DNA from: a candidate division FCPU426 bacterium | GTDB lineage: Bacteria > Oederibacteriota > PGYV01 > Palsa-1178 | Direction of reading: 5' to 3' | DNA length: 64,000 nt | Assembly: GCA_963840035.1 (NCBI GenBank) | Contig: CAWIXE010000001.1 | Location: forward strand, 46,675 to 110,674 | Part shown: piece by piece, positions 18,566-28,740 of the stretch | Position numbering within the stretch: the first letter of the stretch is position 1 | Layout of the letters: every line of letters begins with the position of its first letter | Program-made: the position numbers and the translations under genes | The notes under the pieces: model-generated | The model's database searches: none | The model's input: only the letters and a program-made list of their open reading frames with translations | What the model was told of the DNA's origin: nothing

Positions 18566-20371
18566 TTATACGGTGAATTTGTCCGTGGCGTTCTTTAAGG
18601 TTTCCGCCGTGCCTGAGAGCGTCTCTGCCGCGGCGTGGAGTTCTTCCATGGCTGAGGACTGTTCCTGTGACGATGCGGCTGCTTCCTGGGAAGAGGCCGC
18701 TATCTGCTGCGATGACGCGGCGATCGATTCCACCTGTGAGGCCACGTCATTGACGCTTACCACTATTTCCGCGAAAAGCCCGTGCGCCTCTTTTGAAATT
18801 TCCGCGCTTTCCGTAATGGCAGCCGAGCTTTCCTGTGATATTTCCACGGCAGATATGATGTCATTCCTGACTTCTTTTATCCTGACCCTGATCTTCTTAG
18901 CCTGTTCTGTGGATAAATCCGAGAGTTTCCTTATCTCTTCTGCCACCACTACAAACCCGCGGCCGGACTCGCCGGCGCGCGCCGCTTCAATGGCCGCGTT
19001 AAATGAGAGCAGTTTTGTTTCATCAGCCACAGATTCTATGACCGCGACCATGTTCTGTATCTCCTGTGAATGGCCGCCGAGCACATCCATTTGTTTGCTC
19101 GACCTGGCGTAAGAATCGGTAAGATTATTCATTTTTTCCATAAGCTGGTCCATCCTGTCAGCGCCGTTCTGGGCGGCTTTCTCCGCCCTAACGCTCGCGG
19201 CCGATGCCGCCTGTGAATTTTTCGCGGCCTCTGAAGTAGCCTGTGATATGGACCCGACTGTTTCCGCCAGCTGGGATATGGTATTCTGGCTCTGCTCCGA
19301 TATGGCCGCAAGCTCCTTTGAAGAGGACGCGATATACCCGGCTTCCATCTGTATCCTTTTTATTAGTTCGCGCAGATTCACCAGCATTGACTCGCTTGCC
19401 TTTCCAAGCACGTCGTTATCCGACTTTGCAGTGAACTGGGCGGAAAGGTCCCCTGAAGCTATTTTCTCGGATATGCCGGCTATCGCGTTAAGGTATTCTA
19501 TCATACCGGAAAAAGCCCTTCCTATGGCGTCCCGGCCGGACCTTATTTCTATCTTTTCCCCGATAACGCCCCCGGAAATTTTTTCCGATATAACGGCTAT
19601 CTTATCCATATAAGCGGCCAAATGGCTGAAATTCCTGGATAGTTTCTCAACCTCATCCCCCGATTCCACAATGGCTACTTTGCTCCATGTCTCGCCGCTG
19701 CTTAATTTTTCGGATATATCCGCTATCTTATTGACCGGCCTTATCATGCTTAAATAAAGGAACCCGAATATCATCAGCGCGATGGCCGCGGTTCCGGCTA
19801 TTCCCAAAAAGACTGAATTCCTGGCGGTTTTTCCCATGTCCAGGTTCAGGGTTGTCTTGTCAAAAGCCACCGCAATTGATCCGGCATTTTTGTTTTTATA
19901 GGCAATCGGCAGCGAAATCTCATAAGAATCCCTGCCATATCCTTTTACCTGTGAAATGTTGTAACCAAGCATTTCATTTTTCATCTTCACGGTATCCGGC
20001 ATCGCAAAATCAGTCCTCCCTTCGGAGTTGTACTTCGCGATTACTTTCCCTTTCAGGTATACAGCCGCGTAAAGCATGTCTTCCCTGGTAACCGCGGCCT
20101 CCAGTATGAATGTCAGCTGCCTTATGTCGGCTTCTTTTAAACCGCCATTGTTTTTTTCAAAATTTGCCCTCACGACAGGCCCGGCCATATACACGCAGAA
20201 TTCGCCAAGCGACACGACTTTTTCGGCAAACTTCTGCCCCACTATCCTGCTGTAGTTTGACATGTTGTAATAAGTTATGCCCCACGCCAGTAAAACAGCG
20301 CCAATAAAAACGATAAGCGCCGCTTTAAGCCCGAAAGCCATTTTTAACCGCATTCTCCGCTCTCCCGTCAC
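18566..20371 (-). CDS. Methyl-accepting chemotaxis protein
   Basis: 2 TM, periplasmic sensor, multiple HAMPs, [30 protein letters not shown]. Confidence 0.96.
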   Translation of the reverse strand: MTGERRMRLKMAFGLKAALIVFIGAVLLAWGITYYNMSNYSRIVGQKFAEKVVSLGEFCVYMAGPVVRANFEKNNGGLKEADIRQLTFILEAAVTREDMLYAAVYLKGKVIAKYNSEGRTDFAMPDTVKMKNEMLGYNISQVKGYGRDSYEISLPIAYKNKNAGSIAVAFDKTTLNLDMGKTARNSVFLGIAGTAAIALMIFGFLYLSMIRPVNKIADISEKLSSGETWSKVAIVESGDEVEKLSRNFSHLAAYMDKIAVISEKISGGVIGEKIEIRSGRDAIGRAFSGMIEYLNAIAGISEKIASGDLSAQFTAKSDNDVLGKASESMLVNLRELIKRIQMEAGYIASSSKELAAISEQSQNTISQLAETVGSISQATSEAAKNSQAASAASVRAEKAAQNGADRMDQLMEKMNNLTDSYARSSKQMDVLGGHSQEIQNMVAVIESVADETKLLSFNAAIEAARAGESGRGFVVVAEEIRKLSDLSTEQAKKIRVRIKEVRNDIISAVEISQESSAAITESAEISKEAHGLFAEIVVSVNDVASQVESIAASSQQIAASSQEAAASSQEQSSAMEELHAAAETLSGTAETLKNATDKFTV

Positions 20372-20376
20372 ATTTA

Positions 20377-21537
20377 CTATTTATTTTTAGTTCCCGAATA
20401 TAAACCGGTAACCACCCATGAAGCGGCATTTATAATGCCGGATTTTTTCTTCCTTACGCCGCGCGCCGCTTCCTTCGCCAGATTTGAGGACCTCTCAAAA
20501 AATTCAGGCAGGTTTATCCACGCCATGGCTGTTATTTCGGATATCCTTCCGGCCCCTATAAACTTCAGGGGTTTTAACAACCTTCTTAAACCCTCTGCCA
20601 TCGCCTCACGCGGCAGCAGAGCCGCCAGCATGGATGAGATGCCGGTCAGGATCAGCACGCGTGACGCGAAAAAACCGCCTTCAGCCATCCCAAAATCTGT
20701 TATTGTAACAGGCCCGGCCTGAAAGACCGGGTTGCCTCCGCCGTTAAAAACAGCGGGTATAAACACTGAAAACAGCGCCAGATACTTCGCCCTCCATACA
20801 GAGATAACAACTTTCTCAAGTTTCCCTGACGCGGCCGCAATCCCGGCGATGAAAGCCGCGGATACCGCGAGGAACACAAACCTTCCGGCCAGAAGGACCG
20901 CGGCTGAGAACACTGCCGCGAATAATATCATGAACACGGCTCTTGCGGCAAGCCTGCCGGGCACCCGCACATGATGCCCGGTTTTAAATCCGGTTGTCCC
21001 GGCGCCGCCCCGGGCGGCTATGGCCGCGCACGCGTCAGAGGCTATAACCCCGTTTAAAAACCCTGACAGCGCGCCCGTTATGGCGAGCAGCGGCATAATC
21101 CACAAAACCGCATCGTTCCTTATTAAAATAAAATATACTATGGCTACCTGCGCCGCGTTATGAGCCACCCCGCCTGCTATTGATATCCCGGCGAGCGAAA
21201 TAGGCGGCTTTTTCATCGTCTTAAGCGGAAAATAAAAAGCCGCCATGACAAGCGTGCTGGTAATTGAGGCGCCAAGGCTAAGAATAAAACCGGGCGACAT
21301 TAATGTGCCGAGCATAAGCGACGCCAGCAGGCATCTCAGCACAGCCACTTCCATCGCACCCTTAAATCCCAGCTCCACCATGGCTATCATCGTAAAAATA
21401 TTCGCCAGTCCCAGCTTGATTCCCGGTACCGGAAGCCTGGGAAGGAAAGATTCAGCAGCCTGGAGTACTGTGGCGCATGTCACAAGCAGGGCTGTTTTTT
21501 CCGTTTCCCGTCCGGCCTGGGGCTGCATCAGGTTCAA
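20377..21537 (-). CDS. Gx transporter (EetB-like ECF S component) fused to an ECF-T/CbiQ-like domain
   Basis: ESFLP..VPGIKLGLAN, AGGVAHNAAQ; C-half PVTITDFGMAEG..RVL...EGLRRLLKPL. Confidence 0.82.
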   Translation of the reverse strand: MNLMQPQAGRETEKTALLVTCATVLQAAESFLPRLPVPGIKLGLANIFTMIAMVELGFKGAMEVAVLRCLLASLMLGTLMSPGFILSLGASITSTLVMAAFYFPLKTMKKPPISLAGISIAGGVAHNAAQVAIVYFILIRNDAVLWIMPLLAITGALSGFLNGVIASDACAAIAARGGAGTTGFKTGHHVRVPGRLAARAVFMILFAAVFSAAVLLAGRFVFLAVSAAFIAGIAAASGKLEKVVISVWRAKYLALFSVFIPAVFNGGGNPVFQAGPVTITDFGMAEGGFFASRVLILTGISSMLAALLPREAMAEGLRRLLKPLKFIGAGRISEITAMAWINLPEFFERSSNLAKEAARGVRKKKSGIINAASWVVTGLYSGTKNK

Positions 21538-21908
21538 TATGAAAGAGCGTCAAATCCCGGTTTCTCCCCCGGGGATTCTATTTCTATGAGCACTTTATTG
21601 GGCACGCAGACTATTGATTCCCCCGGGCGGCATATGGCCGCCGCATGCGAGCATATCTGCCTGGGACAATCCGATTTTTTCACGCTTATCCGGCCGTTCT
21701 TTGATTCTATGACCATTTTTCCGGTATCAACAACAGAATCCTTTTTCATGTCAAGTTCGCCGGTTTTTACGCCCCCTGTATATATGACGGCTTTCCCGGA
21801 AGAACCGGAACTTTTTACCATGACAAAACCCGCGGATATGATAACTACGCTGATTAGCAGGATTATATCCGCGGTTTTTATGATGTACATAGCATCCCTG
21901 TTTATCAT
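21534..21908 (-). CDS. NusG domain II-containing protein (DUF1312, EetA-like)
   Basis: N-terminal TM, SDCPRQICSH, SIVCVPNKVLIEI. Confidence 0.9.
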   Translation of the reverse strand: MINRDAMYIIKTADIILLISVVIISAGFVMVKSSGSSGKAVIYTGGVKTGELDMKKDSVVDTGKMVIESKNGRISVKKSDCPRQICSHAAAICRPGESIVCVPNKVLIEIESPGEKPGFDALSY

Positions 21909-22010
21909 AACACCCCCGCTGATATACTAAGTATACGCACAGCCAAAGCTTATGTCAATTTTTAACTGGATTTAAAGCGGTTTTTTTGTTAAAACAGCAT
22001 GGCTTATAAC

Positions 22011-23858
22011 CTAAAGTATAAATTTATCAGTGGCTGATTTTAGCGTATTTGCGGTATCGGCAAACTCTGAAACTACGGCGTTTAATTCCTCCATGGATGA
22101 CGACTGTTCCTGTGACGAGGCTGAAGCTTCCTGTGAGGACGCCGCGATCTGCTGTGAGGACGCGGCTATTGATTCCATCTGCGCCGCGGTCTCATCTACG
22201 GATTTTACTATATCGATGAAAAGCATATTTGTCTCTTTGGCAAGCTCTTCGCCCGCCCTTATTCCTTCATATTCCCTGTTTACAATCTCTATGGCTTCAG
22301 CTATATCTTTCAATACCGCCTTTATCCTCTCGGCTATTTTCACCGCCTGCTCATTGCTCATGTCTGAAAGTTTCCTTATCTCTTCGGCTACGACCACAAA
22401 ACCCCTTCCCGCCTCACCGGCGCGCGCGGCTTCAATAGCGGCGTTAAACGAAAGCAGCCTGGTCTCGTCAGCCACGGATTTTATAACCGCGGTCATGTTC
22501 TTTATCTCCTCGGAATGCTTCCCGAGCTTATTCATAGACTGCGTGGACAGCCCTATTTCAGAACTTAACTCCGTCATTTTTTCCAGCAGCATATTCATGC
22601 GCTCCGTGCCTTTTTTTGCGGAATTTTCAGCCTTAATACTGGCATGCGATGCTGTCTGCGAGTTCTTAGCCGCTTCGGATGTGGCGTTGGATATGTTTGA
22701 AATGGTCTCTGCCAGCTGCCCTATGGTAGCCTTGGACTGCTCGGAAATGTTCATCATCTGTTTTGAGGAATCGGCAAGAAAGTTGGACTGGTCCTGTATG
22801 CTTGAAACAAGGGTTTTAAGAGAAGCTGTCATGTCGGCGCAGGCATTGCCAAGCATGTCTTTGTCGGATTTTGCCATGAAACTTGTCGTAAGGTCTCCTT
22901 TTGCCACTTTGCCGAGGAACGAAGAAATTTCATTGATGTACTTTAACATCTTTATGAAGGAAATTCCGAGCGTGTCCTTGTCGGATTTCGGCTCAAAGGC
23001 GTCCACAACCTCGCCGGAGGATACATTTTCCGATACCCATGCAATAAAGTTTATATACTCCGACATCTCATGAAAACTCTTCGTTAAAACGCCTATCTCG
23101 TCATTGCTTTTTATTACCTCTATATTTTCGCTGATATCGCCGGTGGCTATCCTGGCTGATATTCTTGACAACTTTTTAATGGGCCTTATCATGTTAAAAA
23201 ATATAAATAACACGATCAATACGCCGATTACTGTCGCGTTCAGCGAGGTAAAAATAAAGGCGGACTGCGTGCCGCTGTTTATCTGTTTTGTAATGCTTTT
23301 CATATCAAAGCCAAGGATAAGCTGCCCGACTTCGTTGCCCATAAGCAGGAGTTCGTCCCCGCCCTTTAATTCTATGGGAATGGTTATTTCATAGCTGCTT
23401 TCACCCTTGCCTAATACGGAATACAGCGGGTATGATGTGAACTTTTTGTCCGTCTTCGTTTTTTCGGGAAGTTTCGCGTTCCCGGAAACAAATGCCGAAC
23501 TTATTACCGCGTTGTTCTGCTTTATAGCAGCGTATATGATGTCTTTCCTGGATACGGCCGCCTGGAGGACCTCGTTTATCCTCTGCTTTATCCTGCGTTC
23601 CGGGTTTATTTTAAGCTTTGCTTTCTGGGACGCTGACATATTCTGCAGGTTCTGCAGCTCCAGCATGGATTGGCTTACGAGCGAAGCCGTATTCTCGCCC
23701 AGGGTTATAATCCTCTCCTGGAATTCCTTCATCACGATTTTTTTATAGATATAAGCGTCATATGTAGACCCGGCCAGGCTTATGAGGACCATGGTGGCAA
23801 GGACCATAAAGGAAATTTTAAAGCCCAGTGACATCGCTGCATTTTTTCCTTTTGCCAA
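22011..23858 (-). CDS. Methyl-accepting chemotaxis protein (paralog of 18566-20371)
   Basis: [30 protein letters not shown]; identical [17 protein letters not shown] stretch. Confidence 0.96.
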   Translation of the reverse strand: MAKGKNAAMSLGFKISFMVLATMVLISLAGSTYDAYIYKKIVMKEFQERIITLGENTASLVSQSMLELQNLQNMSASQKAKLKINPERRIKQRINEVLQAAVSRKDIIYAAIKQNNAVISSAFVSGNAKLPEKTKTDKKFTSYPLYSVLGKGESSYEITIPIELKGGDELLLMGNEVGQLILGFDMKSITKQINSGTQSAFIFTSLNATVIGVLIVLFIFFNMIRPIKKLSRISARIATGDISENIEVIKSNDEIGVLTKSFHEMSEYINFIAWVSENVSSGEVVDAFEPKSDKDTLGISFIKMLKYINEISSFLGKVAKGDLTTSFMAKSDKDMLGNACADMTASLKTLVSSIQDQSNFLADSSKQMMNISEQSKATIGQLAETISNISNATSEAAKNSQTASHASIKAENSAKKGTERMNMLLEKMTELSSEIGLSTQSMNKLGKHSEEIKNMTAVIKSVADETRLLSFNAAIEAARAGEAGRGFVVVAEEIRKLSDMSNEQAVKIAERIKAVLKDIAEAIEIVNREYEGIRAGEELAKETNMLFIDIVKSVDETAAQMESIAASSQQIAASSQEASASSQEQSSSMEELNAVVSEFADTANTLKSATDKFIL

Positions 23859-23941
23859 ACCGCACCTCGTTTTTAAGATGAAATGTACCTTTTATTATTA
23901 TATACCATGACACTTATAATTACAATACTCTATGGCGGTGT

Positions 23942-24199
23942 GATACTGTACGTAATAGTGTGTAAACTCGGAACCGGGCACCTCCCCTCTCCCTCCATGG
24001 CTACTTATAGTCCCCCCTTGCGGGGGAGAGAGGGCTAGGGAGAGGGTGCCGTAGAGGCAATCCGGCTTTTGGGAGAGATATGCATTGCCGATACCTCACC
24101 CCCATCCCGTCCTTCCCCCTTCGAGGGGGAAGGGGGTGCTTATAAATGCCAACATATTTGCCTACTATTATTAATTTACACACTATTAAAGACAATATC
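23942..24199. mobile_element. MITE-like element, copy 1
   Basis: TIR GATACTGTA..TAATAGTGTGTAAA / TTTACACACTATTA..GACAATATC enclosing CCCTCTCCC/GGGAGAGGG hairpins. Confidence 0.7.
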
Positions 24200-24207
24200 C
24201 GGCGGTG

Positions 24208-25200
24208 TTATTGCGCCTTTGCCTTGTTTTTTCCCTGCTTAACCACGCTTACAACCCCGGCAAGGCCGTCGGTATAATAGACTTCCTGTCCTTCAGTTAC
24301 AACCACGGCTTCGGCATTTCCAAGTTTTTTAAGCATTTCAAAGCCTTTTTCCCTGCCCATGATAAATATTGAGGAGGATAAACCGTCAGCTTCCACCGGA
24401 TCCTGGCACATGACCGTGACGCTTATTAAACCCCTGGCGGGTTTTCCGGTTGCCGGGTCCATAAGGTGATGGTAACGCACGCCGCCCTCCTCAAAAAACC
24501 TTTCATAATCCCCTGAAGATATTACAAGCATGTCTGACACTTCCAGCACGCCTATGACCCCGTTTCCCCTCGGGTCTTTTATTCCGACCTTCCAGTCCCT
24601 GCCATAGTTTTTACCGATGGCATAAATGTCTCCGCCCGCGTCAATCAGCGCGTTTTTAACCCCCTCTTTTTTCAGGGTATTGGCGCATTCCTCCACCGAG
24701 TATAATTTCGCTATGCCGCCGATGTCCACTGCAGTGCCTTTCCTTAATTTCGTGAGACGGCCGTTTTTTATCACAAGGTTTTTGTACCCGACATCTGCCA
24801 GAGCCTTTTTTATGGCCGCGTCCGCGGGCACCTTCATCGTGTCATAAAACCCCCACAGCTTCATGATGGGATAAATGGTTATGTCAAATTTTCCGCCTGA
24901 GAGGACGCTCACATTTATGCCGCGCTGTATTATTTTAATTATTTCAGGGTCTGTTACCGGTATGTTCTCATTGTTGAATTTATAAAGGATTGCGTCTTTG
25001 TCAAGGATGCTGAATTTTTTCCCGATCTCTTCCATCCTGTCCAGGGCTTTATCGATAGCCGGCAGGATTTCCCTGCCTCCGGGCACCTGTATCGTGACTA
25101 TTGTATCCATCATAAAACGCGTCCTCTTCTGCATCTGCCCCGTACATCCTGAAAGCGCGAATACCAGCATCGCTGCGGCAACACATAAAAGTTTTTTCAT
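24208..25200 (-). CDS. apbE: FAD:protein FMN transferase lipoprotein
   Basis: Lipobox LSGC, MMDTIV, FDITI, DIGGIAK, DAGGDI, SSGDYERFF, RYHHLMDP, ADGLSS. Confidence 0.96.
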   Translation of the reverse strand: MKKLLCVAAAMLVFALSGCTGQMQKRTRFMMDTIVTIQVPGGREILPAIDKALDRMEEIGKKFSILDKDAILYKFNNENIPVTDPEIIKIIQRGINVSVLSGGKFDITIYPIMKLWGFYDTMKVPADAAIKKALADVGYKNLVIKNGRLTKLRKGTAVDIGGIAKLYSVEECANTLKKEGVKNALIDAGGDIYAIGKNYGRDWKVGIKDPRGNGVIGVLEVSDMLVISSGDYERFFEEGGVRYHHLMDPATGKPARGLISVTVMCQDPVEADGLSSSIFIMGREKGFEMLKKLGNAEAVVVTEGQEVYYTDGLAGVVSVVKQGKNKAKAQ

Positions 25201-25314
25201 TTTTCCTCCAAAGCCGGCCTTAAAAACCGGTAAATGTTTTATTTTTTAACTTGCAGGCCACATTATAAATGAAAAAGCGGCTTTTTCAAGCCGCCCTTTT
25301 TGGATCTCTATTTT

Positions 25315-25764
25315 TTATACAAGTTCGTATGAGTTCTTACCCGTCTTTTTCATCATGTATTTCTGCCTTAAAAGGAGTTTCGCGAGCGTGTATGAGTCCA
25401 GATAATCCATCATAGCAGCCCTTAATCCTTCCCACATTTCCCTTGTGGCGCAGGTGTTTGCGTTCGGGCATTCGGAATTTTCAGGAACGCAGCACAACGG
25501 CAGGACATCGCCCTCAGCCGTCTGTATGACGTCTCCCATCTTGATCTTTTTCGGGTCCATGGCCAGGACAAACCCGCCGCTTTTGCCTTTTGTGCTCTGC
25601 ACAAAACCGGAATTAATGAAAAGCCTCATTATGTTTTCCAGGTATTTCACGGATATTTTCTGCGTTATTGAAATCCTTTTCAGGGACACAGGGCCTTTTC
25701 CATATTGCGTGGCAAGGCAAAGCAGCGCTCTGATAGCATATCTTCCTCTTGTTGATATTTTCAT
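25315..25764 (-). CDS. Rrf2 family regulator (IscR-like, Cys-containing)
   Basis: MKISTRGRYA, KYLENI, KG..GG, CC..C..C. Confidence 0.93.
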   Translation of the reverse strand: MKISTRGRYAIRALLCLATQYGKGPVSLKRISITQKISVKYLENIMRLFINSGFVQSTKGKSGGFVLAMDPKKIKMGDVIQTAEGDVLPLCCVPENSECPNANTCATREMWEGLRAAMMDYLDSYTLAKLLLRQKYMMKKTGKNSYELV

Positions 25765-25858
25765 AATTTTCCTCCATGAAGCATGATATTTTGATGTGAA
25801 TATTATCACAATGTATTATAAACAAATTGACATTAAAAAGATAGGATTTTTATTTTAA

Positions 25859-26290
25859 TTACCGACTTTTGGTCGACACAATGCCGATTTCTCCGCTTAT
25901 TAACTGCTGAAGATTTACTGAAGAAAGGTAATTTTGAACCGCGTCATGATAGCCCTTCCACGCGCTTAAAGCCTGACAGGTTTGATATTTTGGGCAGTCT
26001 CCCTGGTTATCGAGGCATGGCACAGGGGATATGGTGCCTTCCGTTATTTTCAATATTTCTTCCATGGTTATCTTTGATGGTTCCCTGGATAGTATGAATC
26101 CGCCTTTGTTTCCTTTGGAACTTATTACAAGCCCTATCGCCGAAAACATCCTCATGATGTTTTCCAGGTACTTCTCTGATATGCCTTCGTTTTTAGCTAT
26201 AGTTCCTATGGTAAGAGGCCCATGCCCAAAATGCAGGGCAAGTTCTATCATTGCCCTTAATGCGTACCTGCCTCTTGTTGATACCTTCAT
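25859..26290 (-). CDS. Rrf2 family regulator (IscR-like, 3 Cys)
   Basis: MKVSTRGRYALRAM, KYLENI, PCLDNQGDCPKYQTC. Confidence 0.93.
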   Translation of the reverse strand: MKVSTRGRYALRAMIELALHFGHGPLTIGTIAKNEGISEKYLENIMRMFSAIGLVISSKGNKGGFILSREPSKITMEEILKITEGTISPVPCLDNQGDCPKYQTCQALSAWKGYHDAVQNYLSSVNLQQLISGEIGIVSTKSR

Positions 26291-26327
26291 TTGATCCTCC
26301 AATATAATCATAAAACCCGGGGCTTAT

Positions 26328-26352
26328 GGGGCGGCTTTTCAGGGCCGCCCCT
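26328..26352 (-). terminator. GC-rich hairpin after the FMN-binding gene
   Basis: GGGGCGGC-N8-GCCGCCCC. Confidence 0.4.
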
Positions 26353-26396
26353 ATATGCCGTTAATACCCCCGTACTTCATTGCCTTTTAGGCCCGC

Positions 26397-26930
26397 TTAC
26401 TTTTTAGCTTTTACAGCCGTGAACGCGTCATATATTATGAGCGCCCTTTTAGCCGCTATAACCACTGCTTTTGAGGAAATTGTAGCGCCTGTTATCGCCC
26501 TGACATCTTTGCCTATCTCTATCGTGTCTGCCGATGACTTGCCCGCGAACTGCTTTACAAAATTAGCCTGTTTGATGCCTGCCCCGCGTTTTTCCGACAT
26601 TGATATATATCCTATGGAAAGGATCTTCTTTGTCGCAGCGTCAATGAGTATGCCCATCTTAATCGGGCCCCATTTTCCCATCTGCTCCTCAATTACAACC
26701 GCGCCTGTCTTTGATGTATAAATCTCATACTCCGTCCTTACCGGCATCTTATTCGCCAGCCCCGCCTGCACCGCCGCTGTCAGGTCGGCGCTTACAGCGA
26801 AAACCTGCGCCTTAAGGTCTGAATCCGGAAGTAGTTCTTTTACCACATTAGTCTTCATGTCTTCCGCCATGACTGAAACCGCCAGCAGCATCACCGCCGC
26901 CATTACCGCTACCGCAAATAACTTTTTCAT
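26397..26930 (-). CDS. Exported FMN-binding (flavinylated) protein B
   Basis: Signal peptide; GKWGPI, EKRG, QFAGK, flavinylation motif AITGATISS. Confidence 0.92.
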   Translation of the reverse strand: MKKLFAVAVMAAVMLLAVSVMAEDMKTNVVKELLPDSDLKAQVFAVSADLTAAVQAGLANKMPVRTEYEIYTSKTGAVVIEEQMGKWGPIKMGILIDAATKKILSIGYISMSEKRGAGIKQANFVKQFAGKSSADTIEIGKDVRAITGATISSKAVVIAAKRALIIYDAFTAVKAKK

Positions 26931-27038
26931 GATGTCTCCTCCTTTAAAATATTTTATATTTCCTTATCATTTGACGTATGAGTCCGTTTTTGGAGGGGTG
27001 GTTTTGCGCACCCCTCCAAATATCACACTGTTAATTTA

Positions 27039-28145
27039 TTAGAATGTTACCCTCACGCCAAGCGACGGCCTCGTGTAGACGAGCGTCGATGTGCCTGAGT
27101 TGTTCCTGATATCCACTACGTCGGTTGCGAACTGCAGGTATGTCGCGTCAGCAAGCGATATTACAGCGCCCGCCGTTGTCTGAACGCCCATGACAGGCAT
27201 TGCCGTTGTTTTCGTGAAGTTGTCATATTTCCAGTCATGCGCGGCAAAAAGCTTGAGCCACGGCAGCACTTTATACATTGCCTTCACATAATATGTGTCT
27301 GAAATTCCGTCCTGTGATGCCGAGATAAGCTGTTCCTGTTTTCCCGCGGCGTACTCCGACCTGATGGAAAAATCGCCGATTGAATACATGAACCCGGCTG
27401 ACCACTTGGTGTTTGCAAGCTTTTCCTTGGCGCCAGTCCTTGCCGAGTATATCGAGCCAAGAACCGTAAGGCCGTTCCATACCGGCTCAACGTGCAGCAT
27501 GACTCCCGGCTCGTTGTTTATGTCAAAAGCTCCGTCCTCTGTTCCGCCGTTAACGACGTACGCGTATACAGGAAGAGTCACATCGCCGATGGAAAATGCC
27601 TTGCTTACTTCGATACCGCTGTCATGCACCGCTCCAATGCCGAGGGCAAATAGGCCTCCGTTAAACTGCTCTTCCCAGAAAAGTTCGTGTCCGTACTCTG
27701 CCGTAAACTTAGGGTGTACCTGTCCGACTTCCATTGTAACGTCATAAGGAAGGTCGAATATTACCACTGCTTTGCCGTGTCCGAAATCTTTGAACACATA
27801 AGCGGAACCTGCTGTAGCTGTCTGCGTAACCCCGAACTTCGGCGTCGCGCCTGTGCTGCAGGAAAATTTCGGGTCTACTTCAAAGCTTATCCAGTTATTG
27901 ATTTTTCCCGAGATGAAAAGGTCCAGTTCCTTAAAGCCAAAACCGTAAGATTTTTCTATAGCTGTCTGAGTGCCGTTATTCCTTACGATTGATGACGGGC
28001 GGTCAAACAGCGTCATCTTTATGTGCCCGCCTACCGATACCGACGGCCCTTCCCCTGTTGCTGCCGCTTCTTCGGCAAATGAAAACACCGCGAAGCCAAG
28101 CGCAAGAACCGTTACAACTGCCACCGCAAAAAATTTCCTGAACAT
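27039..28145 (-). CDS. Outer-membrane beta-barrel / porin B
   Basis: Signal peptide, alternating beta strands, C-terminal GVRVTF. Confidence 0.8.
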   Translation of the reverse strand: MFRKFFAVAVVTVLALGFAVFSFAEEAAATGEGPSVSVGGHIKMTLFDRPSSIVRNNGTQTAIEKSYGFGFKELDLFISGKINNWISFEVDPKFSCSTGATPKFGVTQTATAGSAYVFKDFGHGKAVVIFDLPYDVTMEVGQVHPKFTAEYGHELFWEEQFNGGLFALGIGAVHDSGIEVSKAFSIGDVTLPVYAYVVNGGTEDGAFDINNEPGVMLHVEPVWNGLTVLGSIYSARTGAKEKLANTKWSAGFMYSIGDFSIRSEYAAGKQEQLISASQDGISDTYYVKAMYKVLPWLKLFAAHDWKYDNFTKTTAMPVMGVQTTAGAVISLADATYLQFATDVVDIRNNSGTSTLVYTRPSLGVRVTF

Positions 28146-28197
28146 GCTGTCCTCCTTGAGTTTTTTCAGGCCGGGTTTAAAGCCCGCCTTTTTTTTG

Positions 28198-28713
28198 TTA
28201 TGCCTGTACTGTTTTTTCCTTATACAGCCACATTTCGTATAACGGCACTACGAGCATAATTAGCAGCGAAATACCCAGCAGCATACCCGAGAGCACCATG
28301 AATATTGACATCCACGCCGCCACATACCTGATTAGCCAGAAAGACGCGTTCGCGATTAAAACCGCGATAAAGCCGTCAACAAGCGCGAATTTTTTTAGCC
28401 ACTTCGGCACTGACCTTGCGAACATGAAGATTAAGCCTATTGTGAATGTCATAAGCGTCATCCCGAAGAAATGCGTATGGGTGTGCTGCATGAGGTACGC
28501 GGCGTCCGGTGGCTCAATCATTTTAGCCTCGTTGCCCCTGTAGTGGTCCGCGATTGAATCCGGGTTAAACCCTTCCGTTAAAGCCACCGTGCCTACCGCC
28601 GTCAAATAAGCCATACCCATACAGATAATAAACAGGGTCAAAAACAGCTTGATGGTCAGCGATAATTTGCTTAAGTTCACCATCTTTTCAATTTCCTGCA
28701 CTTCGTTTTCCAT
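28198..28713 (-). CDS. Four-TM membrane protein with QHTHTH motif, copy B
   Basis: IADHYRG, YLMQHTHTHFFGM, C-terminal LYEMW. Confidence 0.85.
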   Translation of the reverse strand: MENEVQEIEKMVNLSKLSLTIKLFLTLFIICMGMAYLTAVGTVALTEGFNPDSIADHYRGNEAKMIEPPDAAYLMQHTHTHFFGMTLMTFTIGLIFMFARSVPKWLKKFALVDGFIAVLIANASFWLIRYVAAWMSIFMVLSGMLLGISLLIMLVVPLYEMWLYKEKTVQA

Positions 28714-28740
28714 AAACCCGCCTCCTTTGTAATGTATATT

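Noticed and set aside
20377-21908. Literal heptaprenyl diphosphate synthase and transcription factor NusG
   Set aside because: These are family names only; the proteins are membrane-bound, lack DDxxD and NGN/KOW features, and sit in a flavinylation context
24001-24195. Short ORFs at 24001, 33117, 33340, 59276 and 60608
   Set aside because: They are translations of MITE or hairpin repeats, or antisense overlaps
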